Positions 1 through 10,404 of a stretch of DNA of 64,000 nt are shown here, piece after piece. Under the pieces are notes generated by a model. That model saw only the letters and a program-made list of their open reading frames with translations. It made no database searches and was not told the DNA's origin. The position numbers were made by a program, and so were the translations under genes. Each line of letters opens with the position of its first letter. Positions within the stretch are counted from its first letter, which is position 1. This DNA is from Lytechinus pictus (Eukaryota). The stretch covers positions 8,806,001-8,870,000 of the forward strand of contig NC_087252.1 in the NCBI RefSeq assembly GCF_037042905.1, in the 5' to 3' direction.

Positions 1-1260
1 ATTCTCTCTTTCTCAAACCCACCCACTCCACTTCCCTATCTTATCATTCTCTCTTTCTCAAACCCACCCACTCCACTTCCATATCTTATCATTCTCTCTT
101 TCTCAAACCCACCCACTCCACTTCCCTATCTTATCATTCTCTCTTTCTCAAACCCACCCACTCCACTTCCCTATCTTATCATTCTCTCTTTCTCAAACCC
201 ACCCACTCCACTTCCCTATCTTATCATTCTCTCTTTCTCAAACCCACCCACTCCACTTCCCTATCTTATCATTCTCTCTTTCTCAACCCCACCCACTCCA
301 CTTCCCTATCTTATCATTCTCTCTTTCTCAAACCCACCCACTCCACTTCCCTATCTTATCATTCTCTCTTTCTCAAACCCACCCACTCCACTTCCCTATC
401 TTATCATTCTCTCTTTCTCAACCCCACCCACTCCACTTCCCTATCTTATCTCTCTCTCTGTCCTTCTCAAACCCACCCACTCCACTTCCCTATCTTATCA
501 TTCTCTCTTTCTCAACCCCACCCACTCCACTTCCCTATCTTACCATTCTCTCTTTCTCAAACCCACCCACTCCACTTCCCTATCTTATCATTCTCTCTTT
601 CTCAACCCCACCCACTCCACTTCCCTATCTTATCATTCTCTCTTTCTCAAACCCACCCACTCCACTTCCCTATCTTATCATTCTCTCTTTCTCAAACCCA
701 CCCACTCCACTTCCCTATCTTATCATTCTCTCTTTCTCAACCCCACCCACTCCACTTCCCTATCTTATCATTCTCTCTTTCTCAAACCCACCCACTCCAC
801 TTCCCTATCTTATCATTCTCTCTTTCTCAAACCCACCCACTCCACTTCCCTATCTTATCATTCTCTCTTTCTCAACCCCACCCACTCCACTTCCCTATCT
901 TATCTCTCTCTCTGTCCTTCTCAAACCCACCCACTCCACTTCCCTATCTTATCATTCTCTCTTTCTCAACCCCACCCACTCCACTTCCATATCTTATCAT
1001 TCTCTCTTTCTCAACCCCACCCACTCCACTTCCCTATCTTATCATTCACTCTTTCTCAACCCCACCCACTCCACTTCCCTATCTTATCATTCTCTCTTTC
1101 TCAAACCCACCCACTCCACTTCCTATCTTATCATTCTCTCTTTCTCAAACCCACCCACTCCACTTCCCTATCTTATCATTCTCTCTTTCTCAAACTCACC
1201 CACTCCACTTCCCTATCTTATCATTCTCTCTTTCTCAACCCCACCCACTTCACTTCCCTC
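1..1260. repeat. 45-bp tandem minisatellite (ATTCTCTCTTTCTCAAACCCACCCACTCCACTTCCCTATCTTATC)n, intronic
   Basis: About 28 near-identical units, almost devoid of G on the + strand. The array runs off the window start and ends at the polypyrimidine tract of the next exon. Confidence 0.97.
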
Positions 1261-1292
1261 TCCTTATATTTCTCTCTCCATCTCCCATACAG

Positions 1293-1516
1293 CATACCAT
1301 TATCCCGAATATCCTAGCCATGTCTAAGGATTCCAACTATCTTCATCGTATGACATGTCTTTTCTCTGTCAACGTCCTCATTGACGTCGTTGATCCAGAA
1401 GTTGTTATGAAGTTAATGTTGCCTACTATCACCTCTCTTGCTGGGGATGCCGTCGCCAATGTCCGCTTCAACGTTGCCAAGACTCTCCAGAAGATGGTAC
1501 CACTCGTCAATCCCCC
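1293..1516 (+). CDS. PPP2R1A: Exon of serine/threonine-protein phosphatase 2A 65 kDa scaffold subunit A (C-terminal HEAT repeats)
   Basis: Acceptor CATACAG at 1286-1292 and donor GTGAGT at 1517. The translation [29 protein letters not shown]...[26 protein letters not shown] matches the PP2A-A motifs NYLHRMT and [10 protein letters not shown]. The A versus B paralogue distinction does not apply outside vertebrates. Confidence 0.93.
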
Positions 1517-1619
1517 GTGAGTTCCAACGATGTATATTCATTGTACATTCAAACGTCAGCCTATTGCTCAGAAAGTCTGATGCCACATTTGCTGAACCCA
1601 TTTGGTCTTTTACCAATCT

Positions 1620-1779
1620 GGGCCAGGTTGCATAAAAGTTACTATTATAGTAACTTTGCCATCCAATGGTAACTACCATGGTAACGATGATCATCAGCCA
1701 ATCAGAATGGAGGATTCCATGAAAGATATCATGGGATGGCAAATTTACCGTTATTGGTAACTTTTACGCAACGGGGCCT
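1620..1779. mobile_element. MITE with GGGCC-type TIRs (PIF/Harbinger-like)
   Basis: GGGCCAGGTTGCATAAAAGTTAC ... GTAACTTTTACGCAACGGGGCC inverted ends. Confidence 0.7.
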
Positions 1780-1891
1780 AGGTCTAAATAGAGAGTTCCC
1801 AGTTTTTGTTTACACATAGGGGAAAGCAACAAAAAAATCACAGAATTCTAAACTAAATTTTTCAGGCTAAAGATAATGAGCTGCGTTAAAT

Positions 1892-2215
1892 AGAGTACCA
1901 AAGTGATGATATCACAAAAAAAACTTTTTTTGCATTTCAGTATTTTTGATACCTTAATTTGGTAGAGTATGATGAAAAACCTGTATAACCCTAATTTGGT
2001 CGGATCGGTCCATGGGGCCCCAAGATATGACTTCCTGAATACACAATTAGCCCCATTAAAGTCAATGTATTCATGAGGTCATATCTTGGGGCCCCATGGA
2101 CCAATTCCCATCAAATTTTGGTTATAGGGGGGTTATCATGCTCTGCCAGAATATGATATCAAAAATGCTGAAATGCAAAAAATGAGAATTGATGACATCA
2201 CACTTTGGTACTTTG
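1892..2215. mobile_element. MITE, probably Tc1/mariner type
   Basis: AGAGTACCAAAGTGATGATATCA ... TGACATCACACTTTGGTACTTTG inverted ends with largely palindromic interior; TA follows the right end. Confidence 0.65.
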
Positions 2216-2391
2216 TATCTAAGCAAATTCCAACAAAACAAATAAGTGAAATGATAATGATGATGATGAAAAAGCTGATCCCAATGTCTTTTTTTTTTTT
2301 GCATACCAGTATGTATGGAAACTGAATGTTCTTCTAAGATTTTCACTATTTAGAATTGGTTTGTAGTACGTTTTATATACAATATAAAATC

Positions 2392-2461
2392 TCAATATCA
2401 CTCTCTGCGTTCTCTAAAGATATATATATATATCTTTAGAGAACGCAGAGAGTGATATTGA
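2392..2461. repeat. Perfect 70-bp palindrome centred on (TA)n
   Basis: TCAATATCACTCTCTGCGTTCTCTAAAGATATATA followed directly by its exact reverse complement. Confidence 0.95.
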
Positions 2462-2477
2462 AAAAACCAAAGAATTA

Positions 2478-3180
2478 ACCCCCCCCCAAAAAAAATCGCT
2501 TCACGTGATATTTCCGAAATGCAAAAAGATAGCGTCGCAAAATTTTATGACTTTTCTTTGAAGACTCGCGCAACTTTTGAGCCTGATTTCGCGACATACG
2601 GGTATACCATTGCGACGTCACATGACTTTTTCGAGGCAATGTCATGCTGAAATTGGCTCAGTTTTATACTTTGTGTAAAAAGTCTATGGGAGATGAAATT
2701 CATATAAGGGTGATTATTTTTCGTTCTAATTGGTCTGCTTAATTAATTTAGTTGTTAAATGGTCTGTAATAATTTCCATTGAAAAAAAACAATGAAAAAC
2801 AAAAGATGAAAAAACTAAGAAATTGATATGAAATTCTAAAAACAACGAAATACATAAGGAAAAAATTGGCTTTCACAATTTTTCTTTGTAGAAACCTTTA
2901 AATTAGAATTTTAGATTACGAAGATGACATCTGCGAAGAAAGAAGAAAATTTGAAGTGAAATCGGGCAATAAATATGCAAATAACATTTTTCATGAATAA
3001 ATTTGCATATTTTATTCATAATAATTAAAAAATAATTATTTTCAGAATTCGTATTAATACTAGCTCGTAGTTTATGTGGAAAAGAATGTGCGTGCCAAGT
3101 TTTGGCGCGATCGCTTGAACGGCGGGCCATCATGGGCCCCCCGTCCTCAATACATCTCAAATAGCCCAGTCCTTTTAGGG
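2478..3180. mobile_element. Degenerate piggyBac-like MITE
   Basis: TTAACCC start and TAGGG end. The interior resembles the elements at 7444-8163 and 57172-57915. Confidence 0.5.
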
Positions 3181-4115
3181 TTTAGCCTGAGTCATATCGA
3201 TTATTTTGAAAACTGGTGTTCGACAGCTTTAATTCGATCGAACATCAAATTTTGAAGCCTGGAAAATCAAGTCAATTTTTTTTGCTTTGGCTGTCGATGC
3301 ACACACGCACTGCGACGGTATGCGCTGGGAGGGTTAGCGTTGCACAAGCAGATGACAGAGCAATGTTCGTTTGTATTTTCCATGATCACAAACCAAAAAG
3401 GGACCAATGCCAAATTCTTCCCAAAACATCTTAAACAATGATATTTGCAGATGACAACATATAAGTTTAAAATGAAACAATATTAAAGACCTGAATCACG
3501 CAGAGTCGATCTGAATGATTTTCGGTCAACTATAGCATTCGAAGTCCAGACTCGTACACACTACAGCCCCGTACACTCACTCTACCGAAACGACAGGCGT
3601 GCTTTGCCGGCCAACAAGTGCTTTGCCGTATCCCAGCGGAGAGCACTGTAACTTGCCTGATCGAGATGTAGTTGGATCCAATATGAGCTCCAAATTGATG
3701 GGAATAAATATCATACTTAATTTTCTCTGGATGGTCATTTGAATTTGTATTCTATGCTGATATAACAATTGTGAGGAAGGTTTGTTGAATATGAGTTATG
3801 ACAATGTTCGAGAAGTAATCCTGATATGATTGATAATCCATTTTTAATTTTAGACACAAGTGCAAAGCATGCGATCAAAATAAATACGAATGTCTCGGAT
3901 CGAGCTCTAAATTTATTTAAATGATTATTGGAAGTTAAATAATTATGATTTAATATGATTTTATGGCCATACTAAAAACATTGACAATGTCAGCAAAGTA
4001 TGTTATGTTCATATGGAAGTATTAATTACTGTCATTATTTTCATTTTTAATCCATCTCTGGATGTCTGCGAGAAAGGAAGCACGATGCACATGCGCGTTC
4101 GATGACGTATGACAT

Positions 4116-4449
4116 TAATAAATTAAGAGGCTTTTATAGGAGGAAATTATAATTTGTTAACAAATTTTCGGCATTACTCCTATTTGTTTAAGATCAGTAT
4201 GCTCGATCTGTAAATGAAAATCATAAGATCAGTATGCTCGATCTGTAATGAAAATCATATGATCATAAGTCAGAAAAAATTGGAACCAGTGGGATTCGAA
4301 CCTGCCATCTACTGCTTTCCGGGCAGCGACTTAACCACCAGGCTATTCTGGTTCACGGCTAAGCCACGATGAACTGGAATTCAAATTATTTACAGATCGA
4401 GCATACTGATCTTAAACAAATAGGAGTAATGCCGAAAATTTGTTAACAA
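4116..4449 (-). mobile_element. Fold-back insertion with internal tRNA-like cassette
   Basis: 14-bp direct repeat ATGACGTATGACAT at 4102-4115 and 4450-4463. Inverted repeats of about 62 bp (about 4152-4214 and 4388-4451) enclose a tRNA-like sequence. Confidence 0.8.
4281..4354 (-). pseudogene. tRNA-like sequence inside a mobile element
   Basis: GAACCAG...CTGGTTCCA acceptor stem, A box TAGCCTGGTGG, B box GGTTCGAATCC, arm GCTGC-CCGGAAA-GCAGT, and T6 immediately downstream. The atypical loop argues against a true tRNA gene. Confidence 0.7.
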
Positions 4450-4841
4450 ATGACGTATGACATATTTTCCATTCATGAATTCAGAGCCAAACAGGTACAA
4501 ACAAGCTTCAAATTAATGGGAAAAAATATCAAACGTTTTGTCATGTAAAATGGTATTATATGGTGATATTATGATCGTGAGAAGAGTTTCTGCATGTTGA
4601 CAGTGCTCGAGAATCAATCCTGACCTAATTTTTTTAGACAAGTGCACTCACTCACGTCGATCGTGATATGTGATGTCCGTCATTGAAAATTGAAACAAAA
4701 TACAAATGTTTCACATCAAGCTCTTAATTCATGTTAATGATTATCATATGCAAATAATTGTTAAAATATTATGATTAAATGATGTTCTATGGTCATGATA
4801 TTAATATTGTTCATGAAAGGAAGGAATATTTTACATTGATC

Positions 4842-5612
4842 GCGTCATAATTTTCTGGTTTGATTAAAGCACAGTACTGCTGATGACGATGACTTCCATT
4901 CATGAATTCATCGTGCATAAATAATCTCAGCACGAGCAGACGAGTAAGACTCTAACTGTTATCAAAATAAACTTCAAATTAATGGTGAATAGGCATCATT
5001 ATTACACAATCGGTTTCATTTTGGGGGCAATATAAATCAAGTTAGTAGTAATTAAGTAATTATTTTGATGAATGTGTTTACCAATCGAAGCGTCATAATT
5101 TTCTGGTTTGATTAAAGCACAGTACTGCGCATGCGCGACTGATGACGGTGACTTCCATTCATGAATTCATCGTGCATAAATAATCTCAGCACGAGCAGAC
5201 GAGTAAGACTCGAACTGTTATCAAAATAAACTTCAAATTAATGGTGAATAGACATCATTATTATACAATCGATTTCATTTTGGGGGGAATATAAATCAAG
5301 TAAGTAGTAATTAAGTAATTATTTTGATGAATGTATTTACCAATCGAAGCGTCATAATTTTCTGGTTTGATTAAAGCACAGTACTGCGCATGCGCGACTG
5401 ATGACGATGACTTCCATTCATGAATTCATCGTGCATAAATAATCTCAGCACGAGCAGACGAGTAAGACTCAAACTGTTATCAAAATAAACTTCAAATTAA
5501 TGGTGAATAGGCATCATTATTACACAATCGGTTTCATTTTGGGGGCAATATGAATCAAGTATAAAGTAGTAATTAAGTAATTATTTTGATGAACGTGTGT
5601 ACCAATCGAAGC
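4842..5612. repeat. Three tandem copies of a ~255-bp unit
   Basis: CGTCATAATTTTCTGGTTTGATTAAAGCACAG recurs near 4842, 5091 and 5350. Confidence 0.93.
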
Positions 5613-5959
5613 GGCTGGCAGTATTTCTTTCCTTCACACTCTTTTTTTTTTTCGATGCGCCAATTTTAAAAATCGATTTGACTCAGGCTTACAAAGAACA
5701 CAGATTTGGCGTTCTAGAAAATTGAATACTGCGTCCCTATTCCATTTGCTGTTTGGACTGCTTAATACTTGGCCTAATACTCCTGTTGTCTGTTGTGAAA
5801 TCGTCACCAGACTTTGACAAACGCTGCCATTTCATACCCATACTACACATATGATGGTAATAACAGTGATAATATGAATTGTGGTGATGGTAGTAATGAT
5901 AATGGCAATGAAGATGTGAAGGAGCAGGAGGATGATATTGAACATTTTTTTCTTTCCAG

Positions 5960-6048
5960 CCTTCAAGGCGAGATCAAAGAAGTGCTGGATAAGCTAAATA
6001 CTGATGCCGATCTTGATGTCAAATATTATGCGGCAGAAGCTTTGACAG
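5960..6048 (+). CDS. PPP2R1A: Next PP2A-A exon (last HEAT repeat)
   Basis: Acceptor TTTCCAG at 5953-5959; phase 2 fits the previous exon (CC+C). Reads LQGEIKEVLDKLNTDADLDVKYYAAEALT, matching the PP2A-A D-x-DVKY motif. Donor GTATAT at 6049. Confidence 0.92.
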
Positions 6049-6134
6049 GTATATAATCCAAACATTTCATTTTTTTTTGGGGGGGGGGGATTTGGGAAGT
6101 GGTGATTGTCCTTAATTACTGCAATGATGTTTGA

Positions 6135-6742
6135 AGATCAAGTCCATCCTAGAAAACTGGTGAGTTAAATCAATGGAGAAAAGTCAACCAAGCTAAACGC
6201 TGAAAATTTCATCAAAATCAGGTGTGAAATAAGAAATAAGTTGTGACATTTTAAAGTTTCGCCAATTTTTTGCAAAACAGTTACATGACTATGTAACTCT
6301 GTGATAATGAGAAAGATGGTGATATCCCTCAATCACTATTTCTTTTGTTTTTTTTATTGTTTGAATTATAGATCATTTTTATTTTTACAGATTTGACAGT
6401 TAGGACCAACTTGGCTGAACCATAAAATGTTAAGCAATGGAAATTCCACATTTTCAGGGAGGATTAAAACTTTCATCTCACACGTCACTGAGGAGAACAT
6501 ACGATTATTTCATATTTCATATTATGAAATACAAAAGAAATAGTGAGTAGGTGATGTCATCAGTCGCCTCATTTGCATACAGACCAGGATGTGCATAGTA
6601 ATTTTTTTGTGAAACTAAGCGAAACTTTAAAACAAAGTAATAACTTATTTTACATCCGATTTTGATGAAATTTTTAGTGTTATGCTCGTTTGATTTTTGT
6701 CATTTTATTCAAATAAACTTTTTCTTGGGGAAGACTTGTCCT
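6135..6742. mobile_element. Kolobok-like MITE
   Basis: AGATCAAGTCCA ... GACTTGTCCT|TTAA ends; same family as 49167-49734. Confidence 0.7.
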
Positions 6743-7443
6743 TTAACAATAGAGGGCGAAATTCTGTACATGCCTGCTCAACAAAGGCACTTACACAGCA
6801 AAATCACCGATGTTTATTTAACACCAGCCCGGTATCTATATCAGTCCACACCAGAGAGGTGTTGAAACAACAACATTTAAGAATCCATCTGAGAAGAAGA
6901 AGACGGGGGGGGGGGGGGATCTGATTCAGCCCCCCCTTGGCATTTTTTGCGATTATAATCTGCCGCGCAAATTTTTTTGACTGCGTTGCTGACTTTTTAC
7001 TTAGTCTAACATAAATTTTCAGACCAACGGATACGCGGTTCCAAGATTACGCAACATTTCGTAAGTGCATGCAGACCCAAAATGCTGTAAAAACCCAGTG
7101 CAAATAGTGTTTTTAGCCAAAATTAATCCAGGGTAGCCACTTCAGTTAAAAAAACTGTTCTCCCAGCGGGCCCTGCTATTATTAATGCCGCATTTTGCAG
7201 TGTTTTTTTATAGCAACTTTACTACTGTTCAAAGATATGCCATTTGAATTAACGTAACTGTCTCTGCTAGGTTTCCTCTGTGTGATTATAGCATGAAGAA
7301 TTGATTCCCATGCATGTTAGTATTCTCTTAACCCTTTGGCTACTGGAACCAGAAGGTCCCTGTCCAAAGTATATAGGAATCAGAGAATTCAGTAGGCAAC
7401 ACGTTAATGAGCATGTTGACCATGAGTTATATATATTTTTTAA

Positions 7444-8163
7444 CCCTATCTAGGCCGGGGTATTTTTGGAGTTCATATGGCCGGCAGTGGGGGGCCTCCC
7501 AGGCCCCCTTGAGATCTCGGCCGTTGTCCGCGCGATCGCGCCGAAAATTGGCACGCACATTGTCTTGGACATAATCTACAAAACTATATAATAATTTATT
7601 TCATGCAAATTTGCTATTAAGCGATTATGCTAATTTATGCATAATTTTTTTTGAAATCATACTTTTCCCTCTAATTCCCTAAATAAAGCTCCCAATGTTC
7701 CAATTTTTGGTATAAAAACTCTTTTTGGTATTCCTAGCAAGTGTACATGAAAAAAATTGCAATATCAGATCAATTTCCTATTTATTTTATTGTTTGTTTT
7801 TTTCAATTTTTTTTGTATTTCTGTGTTTTTTGGACTTTTTTTTTTTTTTTTAATGAAATTTGTTGGGGGCTCTTCTGAGATCATAAACAGCATGAAATAA
7901 ATACATTTAGATCAGCAAAACTAAAAATAATCACACATTTATGATTTTTGGTTGAAAACAGAATTTGCACTGACACTACCCAAAATCACGTTTTTGAGCA
8001 ATTTTTGGTCTGACATGCACTTACATAATGTTGCATAATTTCGGAACCGCATACCCGGGTGACGCAAAACTGGTCTCAAAAGTTGTGCAAGACTTGAAAG
8101 TAAAAAGTCAGTGAGCGGCGCGGTCAAAAAAATTGCGCGAATCGTTTATTCGCCTGGATAGGG
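7444..8163. mobile_element. Non-autonomous piggyBac-like element
   Basis: TTAA|CCCTATCTAGGC ... GCCTGGATAGGG|TTAA. A partial inverted relative lies at about 6890-7125. Confidence 0.85.
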
Positions 8164-8641
8164 TTAAATTTGATGCAATATAGTTTGCAAAATCTGATAT
8201 AGCATAATATTGTTGTGGGAAAAAAATAAGTCAACCGCTGTGGATTTTCAAGGTTTGTTCTCTATGAACGTTGTAACAGTGAAAGGATCTAATGTAAATT
8301 ATTGCTCTTCGGTTGGCCTAGCATTCAAGATAATAACCGAACTAACCATGCCAATCACTCGCATGGAGTCCCATGCCAATATTTCTGTGTAAAGTGCTTT
8401 GACCTCCCAAACATATTTTCTGTAAATGAGGGACTATGGAGTAGCATACCACCATACATTGTGCAGTTTTCTGTACGCAAACATGTATGTATGTGTTTGT
8501 CTTCTGCCTCTCTCTCTCTTTCCGCACAGCACTCTCCTCCAACACAGCACTGTCTAAGAAATAGTGGTGCACACAGGCAGAGTGGTACCCCTTCTCACAA
8601 TCTACTTTGTCATCTTTTCCTCATTTTCTCCATGTACACAG

Positions 8642-8649
8642 TGATGTAA
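8642..8649 (+). CDS. PPP2R1A: Candidate terminal coding exon of PP2A-A (V-M-stop), followed by a long 3' UTR
   Basis: Strong polypyrimidine tract ending ACACAG at 8641. Phase 1 G+TG gives ...EALTVM*. An alternative acceptor exists at 8529 (see findings). Confidence 0.6.
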
Positions 8650-9482
8650 GGATAGACCCCGAGACAGAATCAACTACCAGCTCGTCAGCCTGTTGCCCGA
8701 CGCCATGGTAGATAAATAAGAAAATAACTTCTGGAATTAAAATGAATTGAAATCAGACACTGTCCAGAGATGTCACTGCTGACGTGTTTACTTTAACAGC
8801 AGTAAATGGAACCACATTTTCAATGTCGAAGAGCTTGTATGCTGCTGAAGAGGGCAAAACTGAATTATAGTCTGGTATTTTATAGTCTTCTTACAAGATA
8901 TCACCACATTAAACAGCTTATAATTTTATTTTATTTATTATCCTTTATAAAAGAGGAAGTTTATCCTCAATTGAAATAATTTGTTAACTCAAGCAGAAAC
9001 CTAGAGAAAGATATCTATGACATTTGGCAAAATCCAACATAGAATTTAAAAAAATGGAGGTCATATTGTATGATGTCACATGTGGGTTGCTTTCTCATAA
9101 TTTCTCATGCTTTAACCACTGTTTTATATTCTAAGATATTTTACCTGTGAGACTGTATTTCCAATCATGTGAAATTCATACATACTTTAATGGGAGAAGT
9201 CTCTGGATTTTACCATGAACCATGACAATTTTAACTTGTTAGGAATACGTGTAGCACACATTGCACTTCTGGGGAGTTTTTCACAAAAAAGCTTTGTCAG
9301 TGATATTTACTGATTAATTTGCTCTTGGCCAATCGGATGCAAGGATTTGCAGTAGCTTACATCTATCAGTGAAAGTCACTGACAAAACCTTTCACGAGTC
9401 ACTCCCCCCCCCCAAAAAAAAAAAAAAAACATACATGTAGTTCACATCAGTTTACACAGGTATTAGATTTGTTACACATAGT

Positions 9483-9595
9483 CAGTGGCGGGCCGTGACC
9501 CGGAGGAGACAACGATTGGAGGGGCACTGTATTGTTTGTGAACAATGCTGTGCCCCTCCAATGCTTTGTCTCCTCCGGGTCACGGTCGGCCACTG
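9483..9595. mobile_element. 113-bp hAT-type MITE forming a near-complete hairpin
   Basis: CAGTGG...CCACTG ends and perfect 8-bp TSD CACATAGT (9475-9482, 9596-9603). Confidence 0.9.
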
Positions 9596-10277
9596 CACAT
9601 AGTTTGTAGAACTGTTCCAGTAGTACCTTGCCTGTGTAATTTCTATTAACGCCCTCGATGATGGGCTTTATATATCTGGTTATTGTTGCTACAAACTCCG
9701 CTGCTTTATAGCCAAAGCATAATAATCTTACCTTCGAGCTAGATGACCAATATAGGGACTGCTTCCTGTAGATATTCTACGTGTTCAGCTGTGTTTTAAT
9801 AACTTATAAATATGCAGCGATCCACCCTAAGTTTTGACCCCAGCATCGAGCCACCCTTGCACCACCGTACCCTTGATTTCTACGATTGATTGTACATTGT
9901 AGTCAATGCAATCAATCGTAAAAATTTGTTCTACGATCATGGCTAAGCTTTTTGTTAAGGGCTCCAGGCCCGGAAGCACATCTAATGGTTCATTAAAAAA
10001 AAAGGACAATTATTTTTGTTTGTACTATTTGAAATTGACTGTTACACATCGAATATGAACAGTGTCATGGAGCTTGTAACGCATAGCAGGTCGATTATTG
10101 TAAGAATAATATTTTACAATTGATTGCACTGACCAAAATATATAAACAGTTGGAAAATTAGGCTTGCAAAAATTGCTCAGATATTTTGTTACGGGACCCA
10201 ACATAGTTATGTAATCATTCTGCAAGCGATTCGTTACGGTTTTTAACACGATTTCACAGACTGTATTTGGTGTACAG

Positions 10278-10404
10278 GGGCCCGTAACACAAAGCTTTAA
10301 TGATCGTAGAACATTTTTTTAAGATTGATTGCATTGACTACAATGTACAATCAACCATGAAAATCAAGCGTACGATCACTCGCTAACCTTTGTGTTACGG
10401 GACC
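10278..10404. mobile_element. Short Harbinger-like MITE; truncated inverted relative at about 9865-9966
   Basis: GGGCCCGTAACACAAAG ... CTTTGTGTTACGGGACC inverted ends. The internal GATTGATTGCATTGACTACAATGTACAATCAA is shared in reverse with 9884-9915. Confidence 0.7.

Larger units (their letters stand above)
3185..5688. mobile_element. Non-autonomous PIF/Harbinger-like DNA transposon
   Basis: TIRs GCCTGAGTCATATCGATT / AATCGATTTGACTCAGGC with a 3-bp TTA duplication on both sides. Contains a nested insertion (4116-4449) and an internal tandem array. Confidence 0.8.

Noticed and set aside
1..1260. CRISPR-like regular repeats
   Set aside because: Units are contiguous with no unique spacers, in a eukaryotic intron with no cas genes.
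5814..5959. N-terminal acidic part of ORF 5814-6056
   Set aside because: Intronic low-complexity sequence upstream of the true acceptor at 5959.
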